Shown here: in pieces, positions 28,501-43,500 of the stretch
Layout: every line of letters begins with the position of its first letter
Numbering within the stretch: the first letter of the stretch is position 1
Source of the DNA: Epiperipatus broadwayi
Taxonomy: Eukaryota; Animalia; Onychophora
NCBI GenBank assembly: GCA_028023455.1
Contig: JAQFVV010000005.1
Location: 22,754,001 to 22,818,000, forward strand
Direction of reading: 5' to 3'
Length of the DNA: 64,000 bases
Position numbers and translations under genes: made by a program
Notes under the pieces: model-generated
The model's input: the letters and a program-made list of their open reading frames with translations, nothing else
What the model was told of the DNA's origin: nothing
The model's database searches: none

Positions 28501-31500
28501 CCCTGTGATATATTTCCTTCCTCCATCCTTTATTTGTCAGGCTTGTATTTTTAGCTTTTTGCCATATTTTTTTTTTTTTTTTTTTGGAAATTGCTTTCTG
28601 TGATAAATTGATATTTCATTCAGAAAATAAGTTTTTTTTTATCATTTTTGACATATTCAAAATTTAAAAAAAAATACATATGACTTTTTCAGTTTATATT
28701 TAAGCCATACATTGTAGCAGTAATTGAATCACCCTGTTTCAGCGCCATCTATTGTAAGTGGAAGTACTCAATAGGTATTAAATTCTAATGACAGACAGAC
28801 TCGCAAACTAGTTTCTAGTTGCTGTTTTTCATTAGTATTGAACTTGTGTTGATTGATTATTCATACTTACAATAGATGACTTTGGAATCAATTAATATAA
28901 TAAAGTGCTTTAATTAATTTAATTCAAAAATAATATTTTTACTTTTTTTTTTTTAGGAAATCGACCTTGGGACATTTCAGGTAATTATTTCAATTTAAGA
29001 TTTTACTAAATCATATTATGATTTTTTTTTTAGTATATTAAATATTATTTTTTTCTTTTTAATGTACAATTTAGTTGCATGTGAAGCTGATAAAATTAGA
29101 GTGAAAATCTCAAACCAGTTCTCATTCAGTGGAGTAGTTTATGTTAAAGACCACAGCAGGGAGCTTGGTTGCTATAGTGTCATCAACAGCAAGTCTGGGC
29201 AAGTTATAGACTTTGTTGTCAACATTGGACAGTGTGGAATTGTGTATAATAATGTAAGTCATTAGCATTTATTTCACTTTTGAAATAATGAAAATAGTTC
29301 TAAAAAGTTACTTATAAAATGAGACATTTGACCACATAATTCGCTCATGTACCGGACTTGGTAGTATCAAACTTTTAATTTTCCAAAACAGTAAAACTGA
29401 TATTTACAGAATCCTCTCGCTAAAAGAATCTCTACAAAGTAAACAATTTCCAATTATAAGAATGTCAGTATTTCTCACCCACTCTATCTGGAATGTGAGA
29501 TGCAAATTAGTATTCACAAATCCTCCACCAGACCCAAACAGTCTATTCATTTCTCTCTTAAACAAAATCAAAAATAAAGACATGACCCTTTCCTCCAAAT
29601 TTTTATTTGAAGAAACCTGGAATCTATTCCAAATTCCAAAGCCCAATACATTTCCAGATAGCTTATGACAACAATCTATAAACCACAAGATTTATTCCAT
29701 ACCCTGGATTAATATTCCATAAATCATCCACTACCATTCCAGTAGTGACATTATAGACTCTTATTTAGTCAATGTACTATAAAAAGTTAATGTATTAAAA
29801 AACCAATATTCTCCCTAAATAAAATTCTTTTAAAACTAAAATAATTAGCATTGTCTTATATGATTTAACTCACCAATAGAGTGACAGACGTAAGAGCTAA
29901 AGATCCTGGATTACATGTTGATCAAATGTCCACATGATCTGTCAGCTACTAATCTTTTACACTTACTTTTAAAAAGATTTGTATAGTTATACATTGCTCA
30001 TTCTATTTAATTAATTCAAACGTGGATATGACTGAATTTTACTCTATATTGTTGTACTGTAAATTTAATATTAAATAAATATTTTGAATAATGTGAATGC
30101 TATCATGTAAAAAATTTGTAATTGATTAAAATGTGGATACTTATACAATCTTATTCTTTTGAAATTTTGTGACATTCTATCAGTGATTGGAATATATAGA
30201 AATATTTTTAACAGTTAATGCAAGAAAATTTTTACTTTTGGTTACGTAAAGCTTTTTTAAAAGTATCTGTAATTAATATCGTGTTAGAGATGGAAAGTGT
30301 ATGAAATCATGGATTTTATTAAAATTAATTTTAATTGTTTATAAAAAATATTAGTAAATACCTCTGGTACTAAGAAGATAAATTCTTATACTTAGGAATA
30401 TCTTCTTCTTTTTTTAACTATTTTTTTTTAATTCTATTATGTAAGTTTGTAATTAATGATATTGTGGACTTTAGACACACTAATATTCAACACCAGAAGA
30501 ACCACTAGACCTAAAGCCTAGATACGAGAGAGTACTGGTGAGCATACCAAGTATAAAGGCTACACAGTTGTACCATCACTAGTAGACATTTAAAATTGCC
30601 TCTAAATCATGGAGAGCAGAGATTCTTTGGAAATATCTATTGGCAGAGCAGACAACAATAGAAAAATACTAAAACAGACCTAACAATAAATAAAATTAAG
30701 TTTATTTTCAGGACAGTATAATACAGTTCAAATAAAAACATATTTCAATGATTACTACAACTTTTATGTTGGCATGTAATAACATTTAATAGCTGGTAGC
30801 ATTAAATATTGCTATTCACCGAAATTTTGCATTATAATGCTGTATCATCTCTGAAGATTACTAATTAGCCTGTTATTTATATGATTCTATTACCTGTGTT
30901 CTAAGTTAAGATGTGCACACATACAAATTTCACTTTTACATAAAAATAGTCAATAATAAAATAGTTTAAAAATTAATTATAAATATTCACATTGTTCAGG
31001 CCATTACAAAATTAGACCTACACACTGAACATCTGATCTGACATCACTTTAAAAGTAAGTAAAATAACAATAAATAACATTTCATCCATTGTACAATGCA
31101 CAATAAAGTTCATGAGGGAGAAATATGTCTGAATCCAAAGCAAAACAAAATCATTTGTGAGCACCTCAAGTGAGAATAATATAGAACATGGGGAGACAAA
31201 TAAACATATACAAATTCAAGTGTGGCAGATAAATATCTAGAGGATTGCTATATAAATGCACATACACACATATCAGTTTTTCATTTCAGACAGATATAAA
31301 TCAAACAAACAGGAAATGACAAAAAACCAACCTTTTAAATCATTTATATAGCTATGCACAACTTTGCATTAGGCACATACATATCTTGATTTACATTAAT
31401 GATTTTGAATATCTTCAGAGATACACTAAATTTTAATTATACTAAATTTAAACTAGGAAAAAAATAACTTTATTTTGGAGAAAGATTAATCTAAAACTAA

Positions 31501-34500
31501 ATGTCATTACTTTAAAGCTAGATTTTGATTATTAACAATCACAGAAGTGATTTTTAAAAACTCTTTAGAAAAAAAACAATTTAAGAAACAAAGTCAATTT
31601 CTTTTATCTCTCAAATATTTAAAATATAAAGTATTTTGCCCAATTAAATTTTTAAAAGATATCGCATCTTATACTTTTAAACTAGAAATATTTAAGAAGT
31701 TCAAAGTATACTACACTATATGTCAAATATATTTAAGTTAGATCAGGTATTATAAAATATAAGTATTAAAAGTAAGGTAATATAACAGATAAATACATAA
31801 AATCATCCAAATTAAATTATAAATACCACTAGCTTGTTGGTAGCATAAGTTTAAAAATTTATAAAATAATTCATAAAATAAATTTTAAGTCCTAAAACAT
31901 GGCTAAGTAGAAATTATTTTTTTAGAAAAGTGGAATTATATATATGTACATACATTGATGAAATAGAATTCTTTAATAGTTTACCAGTGAGGTCTGTCCA
32001 TTTGCCAGTTTCCCATCTTAGTCATAGTCTGGTTGGTGTTTTTAGGTAGGGTTATCATGAATTATTTTTTTTACTGTTGAGAAGTTTGCATATGTGAAGA
32101 TAGTTGACACAGTATTGGATCACACTCAGCAAGCAGAGTTGGACATCCTAATCATTATGGGTTACATACTGGAGAAGTGAAGTTTATTTTAGAGCATCTA
32201 GCTATTTATATTTATTAGTTTAGCTTCTGGTAGAGATTTTATATACTTAATGGTGACAAGCCAAAAACAAAAACCAAAAAGAACTCAATTATTTTCTGAG
32301 CTGACCTTTTTATATTGCCAACTTTGCAAAACATTTTTGTCAATTTTTTAGTTCACATATGTACAAAATTCTTTAATTAAATACATCTTTTTAAAAAATT
32401 CTCCAATTAAACAAACCAGTAATTATTTTAATTCTTTATGTTTACAAAATTCTTTAATTAAACCAACCTCCATGTTTATACTCTTTTTTTAAGTAAACAA
32501 GCTTATATATTTAGAGATGATGGTGAGCTGTCTTAATCGCTAAAAATATTTAATTAAGATTTTCAAAACCTGGAACAGAGTTTTAAAAAAAAATATTTTT
32601 TTTAGAATTTTAATTAATAAGAATACAAAATAATTGGGCAAAAGTTTTATAGATTAGTATTTAATCAAGATTTGTTCCTATAACATACATTTTAAAGCAG
32701 ATTTATTTGAAAAACAATTAGTTAAAATAAATCAGTTTCTTGATCTTTTTAAAACTAAAGTAAAATTGATTTAATTTGATTATAAACACAGATCTTTATC
32801 AGTGTGTGTGTGCTTATATAATACAAACCTATATAGAAAATAAACAATTCAATTTGTGAAACCTGAATTTGATCTATAATTTGCCAACTACTATATATTA
32901 TTAAAATAAATCAAAAATCAGCAATTGGAATATATAGAAATATTTTGAACAATTAATTCAAAAAACGCTTTACTTTTGATTATGTAATTTTTTTTTTTAA
33001 AAATATCTTTAATTAATATCATGTTAGAAATTGATACTTTATGAAATCAGTTGGATTTTATTAAAATTTAATTTAATTATTTATAAAAATATCTTTCCCA
33101 CTTTATGGTAACTAGCAAGATAAAATTCTTTTTTTTTTGTATATCATTTTGTTTATGAAATTTTCTTTTTAACTATTTTTTTTAATTCTGTTATGGAAGT
33201 TTGTAATTAATGATATATATATATAACAATAAAAATAATGGACATTTTATATATACAGTATTACATTATCACAGGCTTGTGCTTAAATAATAATAAAAAT
33301 AGAATATCAGTAATTTATATAAAAGACAACACTACAATTAGTTAGTAAATGGAATCCATTTATTAATAATTATAACATTGTCTTAATAATTGTATTGCAC
33401 TTTAGCGCAAATTGGTAAAGTTATTAAACTAATAAACAATAATATTTGGCTTAGCACTTTTGGTGTATGTTAACTCCCATATTCATAACCTTTGTCATTA
33501 GTGATACAGAGCAGTGTTTTATATGCAAATCATTTAACTCGACCATTTTTTTGAAATCGCAAAACATTTATTTCGTCTATTGATGGCATTCAGGTCATTC
33601 GCGATAAAATATACTTCTTTTATTTTCCTTTTAGTATCATTTCTCTCAGAGCACACAATCTTGGCATTGTTGAGTTCAAACCTGTGGCCAGAGGCTTTTG
33701 TTAATCCAAGAATGCTGAGCTGCCTTCATTTTTATTCTGTGCTCTTTTGTATATATATGTGTGTTGAGCAACTTTAGCGCTGACAGTAGCCAGAGCTTCA
33801 CCATAGTATGTAGCATCACAACCCGTTTGGACACAAGTTATTTTGTATACTATTTGGGGGGTTTGTTCTAGGTCGATTTTATCCTTGGTGTTATTAATCA
33901 GTATTTGTGTTAGGTGTGGTTTGAAATCCTACTTTGAACTCTTTGGAAAGGTTTTTAGCAAGATCATTAGCTACTTTAGGAATATAAGGTAATGCTACAT
34001 GTAGTTTGTCTTCTTTAATCTGGTTGGTTGTTAATCTTTTGTTGAACTGTTCAAGTCTCTTAGTTATTGTACTGTATTTGAAACCCACATTTATTATCAA
34101 ATTTTTAATATAATCAGTAATGTTGGTTTTTCTGTTAGCTTCAAATTTAAATAGCTGATGGTTTCTAAACAAAAATGCTGACAGGCCTGTAAGTTTGTGT
34201 GCCTTAGGTGCATTCGATCTGGGATGTGTGAATCCTCTGATTTCTAAAGGTTTGATCAACATCCGGAAGTTGAGACATACTGCATCTCTTTGTATCAGAA
34301 GGTCCAAATATTTTACCTTCTGTTGTTCATTTTCCCATGAATCATTTATAGCTAATTTTGTAAGTGCCTGCATATCTCTTAATACATTCAAGATTATATT
34401 TCATGGTACTGCTACAAGCATATTATCAACATATCTAGTATATATTAATTTAGGTGGTGTTCTGGCACAGTATTTGGGCAGAATTTGTTGTTCAAAATAA

Positions 34501-37500
34501 TTAAACAATATACTTGAAACTATGCCGCTTAATGAAAGACCCATAGGTCAACCATCTTTCATAGTAAACTATTTCTCTTTGTATATTGTCATAATGTTTT
34601 CGTCAAGCCATGACAGGAAATCTAATATAAAGTTTATTCGTACTTTAAGACATTTTTTCTCCATAAGTTCTTTACTAATTATGTCTATAGAAAGCTTTCT
34701 GTTTATAGATCCATATAATTCAGCTATATCTAATGCTGCAATCTTAAAATCTGGATCTATTTTGATATTACTAATTTTTCCAACAAATTGAAAAGATGAC
34801 CTCATGGTGTAACTGCCAAAACCAGTAGTGTCAACCAACTATTGATTCACTAATTTTGCTTTGTCAAAATAATGAACTCCACCAAAATCCAACTTTAGCC
34901 TCAACAGCATTCCCGGCTTATGCAATTTAGCATTGACAAACATTCCTGGAAGGATGATAACCGAAGGATAAATATGAAAGTAGTAAGCCTGGTTAATACC
35001 AACATTTTATGATATTCTATTGGTTTATTTAATTGTGAGGAATAAGATTATATGATTTACATACAATAACCAGTCAGATTTTAATACATGTGTGTGTAGC
35101 TTTGTGCATTTTAGTATAGTGGATAAGTGGCAAATTCTTAGCTAAAAATTTCACAATCATTTTTCAGCAGGGTAATATATATAAAAAAATGTATTTTGTC
35201 TAACAGAATGGACTTTTAAATGCTCAATCTGGGTCACATGATCTCTCAAACAATTACCATATTTTATAATAAATGAAAAGTTTATTTTAATGCTCACTGG
35301 TATTAATTTAAATTTTAGTGTCATGAACTGCTACCTAAAAAATAAATACATTGGCTTTTCATTCTCCATATGTTTTACTACAGTCTGATCTCAACAGATC
35401 TGCTAGATGTCTAAATATTGGTTTATCACATCAGAATAGCAGACAGAATTTTATATATAGTTTGATTCATGCAATATATTTTATTTTTGAAGTGTGATAA
35501 GCAAGTTTATAGTTGCAATTTTAAATTGTCTTTAAACTGGTCATATAATATTAAACATTATGCATGACCAAAACAATTACAGTCTCATTTCAACCCTTAC
35601 ATGCATTGCCAGTTATTTTAAAAACTGAATTAAATATTTAATATTATTAAATGATCTAAATGAGTCGCTTACTTAAGTGCTCTTTACCATTAGACTTTAA
35701 TATTGTCAATTGCTTTACCATAAAATAAAAAGGCTGATTTGCTAATATATGATTGTAATTTAAGACAATTGAAGTTTGTTTCAAAATGTATATGCTTGGC
35801 AATTATTATAAATGATCGATTAAATATATTTTTAAAAGCAACAAAAGTGAAATGTAATAAATGGGAAGCATGTTAAAGTGCCCTTTGCTGCATGTTTAAA
35901 CATTTAACATTAATAATGTTCATTTAATGTAAAATAAATGAATTGATTTCTCATATTGCATTTTTAATTAGTTTATTTATTGTTATAACTGAAATATAGG
36001 TTTATTATATACCTCTATCAATATACCTATATATTACATATATTAATAGAGGTATATAATAAGCCTGTATTTCAGTTATTACATAGTAGAGATGTCTGCC
36101 CATCTCTCGTATATGTATTAAATGGATTATGTCCTGTACATGAGGGGTCAGATTGGCTTTAGGTCAACATGGGTGTGACAAGAATCTCGGCCTCAGGGTG
36201 GCCTTTGAGCGTTTCATCATCAGATTTTCAATTGGATGGACGGTTGAAGAGTTGGAGTGTGGAGTAGATTGAAGCCTGTCCATTAAAGTATGAAGATTGG
36301 CTATCTTAATATATATCTGAGCACTTATTGCATATATGTGTAGGGATGATAATCTAGACCAACTGATGATTGCTGGTTTAGCATGAAATACGTTTATTGG
36401 TGATTATTTATCTTTTTTTGACATATATGTGTTCAAGTGTATCAGTGTTATGAGATAGAGTGGAGAGTGGTGGGTCATGTGAAAATCTGTGCTCATATAC
36501 CCTATATATTTATTTATTGTTGTTTATTAGTTTATTTATTGTTTATAATTAATAGAATTGCAATTAGGATATGAATGAACATTATATTTTAGAACATGTA
36601 AGATCCGCCAATCCAAAATATCTGCTGTCAAATGACTAATAGAATCAGCATGTAATGAGAAATTGTAGTTTACTAGGAAAATTGTAGCATTTTATTATCA
36701 AGTTTATAGATATTTTGTTAAAATATTAATAATATTTTGCCTTTTTTTATTATTTTAGAAAGAAGCGCATTATACTTTAGTTGTCCAGAGACATCCAAAA
36801 TTAGTAACTCATGAAGCAGTCGCTTTCCTCATCAAATGTAATTACAATGATCAGGACATTGACATTAATTATGGCTATAATGTTAGGTAAGCAATTATTT
36901 TGCATGTAAAAAATTAATTTTATTATTGTTTGTATTTTTTAATATTGAAATCAATATGGATACATTGAATCTATGACCTTGCAAGAGGTGTGCATTCTGA
37001 AACTATTGAAATCAATAATAACTAGACTGATAAAACGGCAAACTACTCCTGGTGATATGTTGATTTATTCACCATATTTTTGCTAAATGATTTTTTAGAG
37101 ACATAAAATCTTCTTTCCATAAATCACTTGATATGCACTCCATAAATTACAGTTTTATTAAGTCATTATTTCTGATCCAGATTTAACATATCTCTCAATG
37201 TGTATTGTTGAAGTATTTCAGAAAGTAAAATTTTTTTTACCTAAAGAAATTAGAAATATGATTTTTTTTTACAGTACAGGCTTTTTCATACCTGCACTTC
37301 TATATGTAATATATAGGGGTTTGAACTCAGACTTTCACATGACCCTCAACCATCCATGCTATCTCATACTGCATCACATGCATGTCGAAAAGATAAATAA
37401 TCACTAATATATGTATTTCATGCTAAACCAGTACTCTACAGTTGGTCCAGATTATATCATCTCCACACAAATATACAATCAAAGCTCAGCTTATATTAAG

Positions 37501-40500
37501 ATAGCCAATCTTCATATTTTAATGGACAGGCTCCAAACCACTCCACCCCACAACTATTCAGCTGTCCATTTTATTGAAAATCTGATGTTGGAATGCTCAG
37601 AGCCCACCTTAGTGCCAACCTTCTCATTCTACCCATGTTGATGACGAGTCACTTTGACCCCTCGTGTACAGGACATAATCCATTTACATACATATACGAG
37701 GGATGGGCAGAGCTTTAAACTACTATATTTTTGAAGTGTGAATCTTTTCTACAGTAAAGACTTTTTCATACCTGCACTTCTATATGTAATTTATAGGGGG
37801 TTTGAACTCAGACTTTCATATGACCCTTAACTAGCCATGCTATCTAATATTGCTGATACACTTGATTACACACATGTCAAGAAGACCCTCTATATATTAA
37901 AGAAATTACAAAAATGAATATGTGGATATATTTGCGGTTCATACATTAGTTTGTGTAATTATCACAAAACTTTTCTAGAATAGTTTTCTTTTTTTTTTCT
38001 TTATTTGGAATTGAATTAACCATACAAGTGACTGATATATACTTAGGTTATTATTGACTTGTTGTTTTTAGTTCATATTTAGCATGGGGTAGACTATTTA
38101 TTAAACTTAGCTGAATTTTTTGAACTGCATAGTAAAGTTAAGTTTATTAATATCCTATATCTTTTGATATTAAACTTTTTAGATACTTTTATGTTCTTGG
38201 AAAATTAAATTAAAGTAAAGATAACTGTGGACTCATTCTTCAAGTCACCACATTATGATCATATTTTTAGTTTTACAATCAGCACGTCCACACTCAAGTA
38301 ATAAATCTAAATTTATCTGCGATCTTAGTCACCTAGTTAAGTATGACATACTAAACAATTATATAAAGAAGAGTTGCTTCCCATCACATGCTACAAATTG
38401 TCAAACAAAATTCCAACAAATCTATTTTGAGACTATCACATTTTGAATTATTGCAAAATATAGTAGTCTCACTTGTAGCCCAACCCTGCAAGTTTGCCAC
38501 CCTAGTTGTGTTTAAATCAATGAAATCTCATTCTCTTCTCTTTAAAATATCAGAGGGATTTTTTTCCTCTCACTATAATAATATCTGATGCATTTTTCAT
38601 GATTTTATACATATGATCTCATCTTCATTTCTTTTTTTACTTTTTTTTTTGCAGTAACATTTTCTCCATCCAATCGTGTCCACCAACTATTTTTTTCCAA
38701 TTTTTATGACCTATCTTTTTGATAACTTTTCAAACGTTTTTTTAAAAACATTTTACTCTGTATAACATAAATTCTCAATGGTTTGAAAGATAAACTTTAT
38801 TAACCAATGTTGGCCCAAATTTATCATTTTCACTATTGTATATTCTTGATTGTATATTGGTTTTTGTGCATTAGTGATCTGTATTTAACTTTGTGGTTTT
38901 AGTATTTACACTTTCATAATTTTATTTACATTTATCCGTTATCAAATTTTAGTAGTACCTCCACTATTTCTACCTGCGTATTATTTTCTTCTAATATGTA
39001 ACCTCTTCAAACCCTTATTTTTTTTATTATTTCTATTTATAATATTATTTTTAACTACGAATATCTTATTATCAAACTTAATAGCATCTCAAATTACGAT
39101 TTTTATTTTTTCATTACCCCTATCTAGTCATTGTCTTCACCAGCACTATAATATTTGTATCTTTATTTGTTTTTTCTATAATTTTAACAATATCTAAAAT
39201 CACAGACACTTTATATCCTGCCTGCATACTGCAATCTTGCAAACTCTTAATTTTCTCTAGTCATAATCTCCATATACTTCTTTTTCTCTGAAGCATATCT
39301 TTATCATCCTGAAAATCGACTTTCTCAATAGACTTATCTCCTCTCACATTCATATTTTCCTTAACCATTTTTTACATTATCATTAATATCTTCTGGTGAA
39401 TGTATATCAGTAGGCTGCAGATTGAATTTATTAACATCGTTATTTAAATGTAATTATTCTAAATGTAGCAAATAATTTAATATTGAAAGGAACCGATAAT
39501 GTTAGATGCAAATGTTTACTGTAACTGGGAAAACCTATTTCTTGCTTGAATATGTAAGATTATGTCAAATTTTATTTAAATGCTTATTAAAAACAAATAA
39601 TTAAAACCAGCAAAACATCACATGACCACCATTTCCTGTGTTTACACAAGCTGTTAGCAAATTCTTCATACACTAGTGGCACTACTGTATGATAGTTTGC
39701 TACAGTTAGTTAGCAAATGATTTAATAAAACTTTTCAAACAAAGGGACCGTTTAGATGGCTCCTTTCCTATTTGACTCATAGTTTAACATTGGGGGGGAG
39801 GGGTATTGTGGGTTTTAAACATACTACAAAAATTGTTAGCGCACCCATGAGTTTTAATGTGAGATTCCAAAGCATACAGGTCTGACATTCTGTTCTTGAC
39901 GTAAAACACTCATCCTTAAACCTAATATTATCTCATTCAATAAAAATTGTATTAGTTTGTGTAGATTTAAGAAATGAATTAAAGTTACTTATTGATTAAA
40001 TATTTTTTTAGACTGAAAATAACAACAAAAAGATTATCAATTTTCTCCATGTTATTAAAAAATAAGCTAATGGAAATATTGTCTTTCTCTTTTTTATTTG
40101 CTATATCCTCTCTTTCTTTCTAATAAGACATTTATTAACTGTTATTTATTTATTCACTTGTTAACTTTTTGAAATAGCTGAAGTATCAGACAAAATTTGG
40201 GAATTACCTATATGAATTTTATGTTAAATAAACTTTTGAATTGTATTAAATTGCATATGCCATAACAATATATATCTTTCGCTGTTGATTCATTTTGTTG
40301 TTTTTTCACCATGATGTCATTGCCTGCCATTTTACAGAAATAACAAAAATTTCTAGCATTATTTTCTTTTGACAATAATAATTTTATAACATTTAATAAT
40401 GAATAAACACTTTCAAACAAATTTTTTATTCTTTATTTCAATTGTATTGTTTATTTGAATCTGTGCAAAAAGAACAATTCCATTCAAATAAGCACAAGTA

Positions 40501-43500
40501 ATCAATGGTCATCAGATGATATAATATTCTAAAATCTCACTTCCAGATTAATTATTCTAACTTACATTGAATAGCAAGTCAAATGGAGGACTGATTTTGT
40601 CTTATTAATTTGCTGGTCTTTTGTTATATTCCTAGCTAAAGAAATAAGATGCCTACGAATAATGAAGAACTAATAATAATAATAATAATAATATATGTAT
40701 ATAGTTGTTGAATTGGCTTCAGATCTATATAACTGTTCATGATTGACTTGAGATTAAGCAAATTTGAATTTCAAGATTTTAAAGTTGGCAGGTAAAGTGG
40801 ATTTAAAAGTATCTCTATTTTTCCAATTTTGAAACCCAGGCCTCATAGATATAGGCAAAACTAAAAATTAATCTGAAGTTGGGGATTTAAATATTCAGGA
40901 TAGGAATTTTATATGCATTTAATAATCAACTAATTATTCAAACTTATGCTAAATGGCAGTAAAATGGAAACACACAATACTATTGTAACAATTAATACAG
41001 AGAAATAACTGACAATATGTGAAACTCTGGGACAACCAGGCCTTGTACTAACAACAACATTACATAAATTCTTCATTTTACTCTTATGCTTCCAAAACAG
41101 CTCTCTTCTAGAGCTATCCACTGAAAGCCTGAGTAATAAATGGATACCAGATTGATTATTCAATTTTGCTTTTGTCAATAAGAATCAAGTCTAGAACTTT
41201 AATGCATTTATAGATCTAGCAACCACTTTTTACTCCTTTATATTTTTCAAACTAATATCATAATATTCAAAAACCTTTTAAGTTTTAAACCCAAGTCTAC
41301 TTATTTAGATAATTATATAGCTCTGACATCTGGTCAGTTCTTATATATTTTAGTGACATCAGTTTTATGCCAATTGTAGACCATGTCCTTTGGCTAAGAA
41401 GATTCATAACAAAAATATCAATAAAATTCTTTACTTACTCATATGCTTTTAAGGGTTGGAAATCAGTCTGGGGGTGTGGATATTATAGCATTACATCATA
41501 TGGTGTCTATTGATTACTCAGACTTATGATAGATGACTCTAGATTAGGATTAGGAGAACTGCTCTTGAAAGAAAATGAATAACCTGAGAAAAATCATGAT
41601 ATTTTTATTATATTAATTTTCTTAGTTGAAGGTTAGAAGGTGTCCATAGTTGGCATAAAATTGAAATCTCTGAAATATATAGACACCGGCCCAGTATCAA
41701 ATTTATATAAGTATGCAAAGGTATTGGCTTGAGTCAAAACTTTAATGATTTTTGAATTTCTGAACTATTAGCTTGAATAGTATGAAGGAGTAAAATTTGT
41801 GGCTGTTAAATGCATAAAATTCATTAGTTCATTTAAATGTCAGACACTAATCTAGTAGTGTGGATATTCTAGCACTGTATCATCTAGTTTTCATTGATCA
41901 TTCAATTTATAATAGGAGGTTCTGGAGACTACCCTATTTACTTAGTGGCTAAACAGAGTAATGTAAGAAAAAATGGACTGAGAATATAAAAAAATAAAAA
42001 AAGAATTAATTTAGTTATAATTATTAGTGAATTAATATCACGTACTTTTTGGACCACACTTAATAAATTCTTTCAGGATTAACCCTCTTCACTTCACTGT
42101 AGAGTCATTCATGCCTAACAATTAATGGATACCAGATCACAATGCTACCACATTCACATCCTAGATTAGCCCATGGCCCTTGTCGAGGAGGAATCAAAAG
42201 CTGTCATGAAACCAATGCTTTCATGCATGCAGAATCTACTTTCAACTTTTCTCTCAGTAATACTATTCATAGCATTGGTCATCAATGTTTAATTCTGCAC
42301 TTAAAAATCATGCAGGCTAACCCTGCGATATGGTATTATAACTAAATGATAATACTCAATCATTATTAATGGTAATTCACCATCAGTTACCCTCCTCTCA
42401 ACAGAATTTATTTAAACAGTTTAATATTAGAGTTTATATCATAAACTATAGTGAACTTTATTTTAATTAACAAGTATCTCTAATATAAAATAACGATTTT
42501 ATAATATCCAAGGATTTCTTTTTGAATTCTTTATAGTATGGTAACTACTGCTGGTACCATTGTCAACACTGGACCACCACCGATAACCAGAATGAAAATT
42601 TTAACTAAAGATGGCAAAGAAATTTCTAAAGCTGTGATTGGTGAGGAACTGATCTTAAGGATTGACGTAACTCCCAGAAGTAAGTTGATTTTTATAGTTA
42701 TTTACTAAAATTAGTTTGGATTTAGAGTTTTGTTTAAATATATATAATGGTTTCTCTAGATATTTATGGTGCAAAGGCAAGCAGTTGCAATGCGAGAACC
42801 CTGGATGGCTCACACTCATTTGAAGTCACTGACGAAAAAGGGTAAGTTTGTGATTTCTCTTGAAGAAATTGAATTAATAATGAAACTTTTTATTGAATGA
42901 AGCAAATTTTGTTATCTTTATTTTTTTATTAAGCTAAAATGTTTTATGTTATCAGTTTACAATAAAAGTCATATATCAAATTTATTAAGCGCAAGCAGAT
43001 AACAATGTAATAACATGAAAGCTAAAACCTTCGAAAGATGCTCCTTAAACATACTTATGTGACAGCCAGTCAGATATAATAATAACTGCACGTGGAACTC
43101 CCAATTCTAAAACTCAAGTCAGAACTATAAGAAAAAGATGGGACCCATCTTCTTCTATGCCTAAATTTATATATAAATAAGCCAGACTCAAGCATTTCGA
43201 ATTAAGAGTGTGAAGCTTAAAGTACTTTCACATTTAATTCACTAAATATTATATATAAATAGACAAAGCATATATCGTAAGATTTCACGTTGTCTGTTTA
43301 TATATAATATTTAGTGAATTAAATGTGAAGGTATTTTAAACTTCACACTCTTAATTCGAAATGCTTGAGTCTGACTTATTTATATATAAATTTAGGCATA
43401 GAAGAAGGTGGGTCCCATCTTTTTCTTACAGTTCTGACTTGTGTTTTAGAATTGGGAGTTCCACGTGCAGTTATTGTTACATCTGATTGGCTGTCACATA

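Noticed and set aside
36205-36225. CTGATGATGAAAC on the minus strand
   Set aside because: Core halves are adjacent with no stem II, and no stem I/III pairing.
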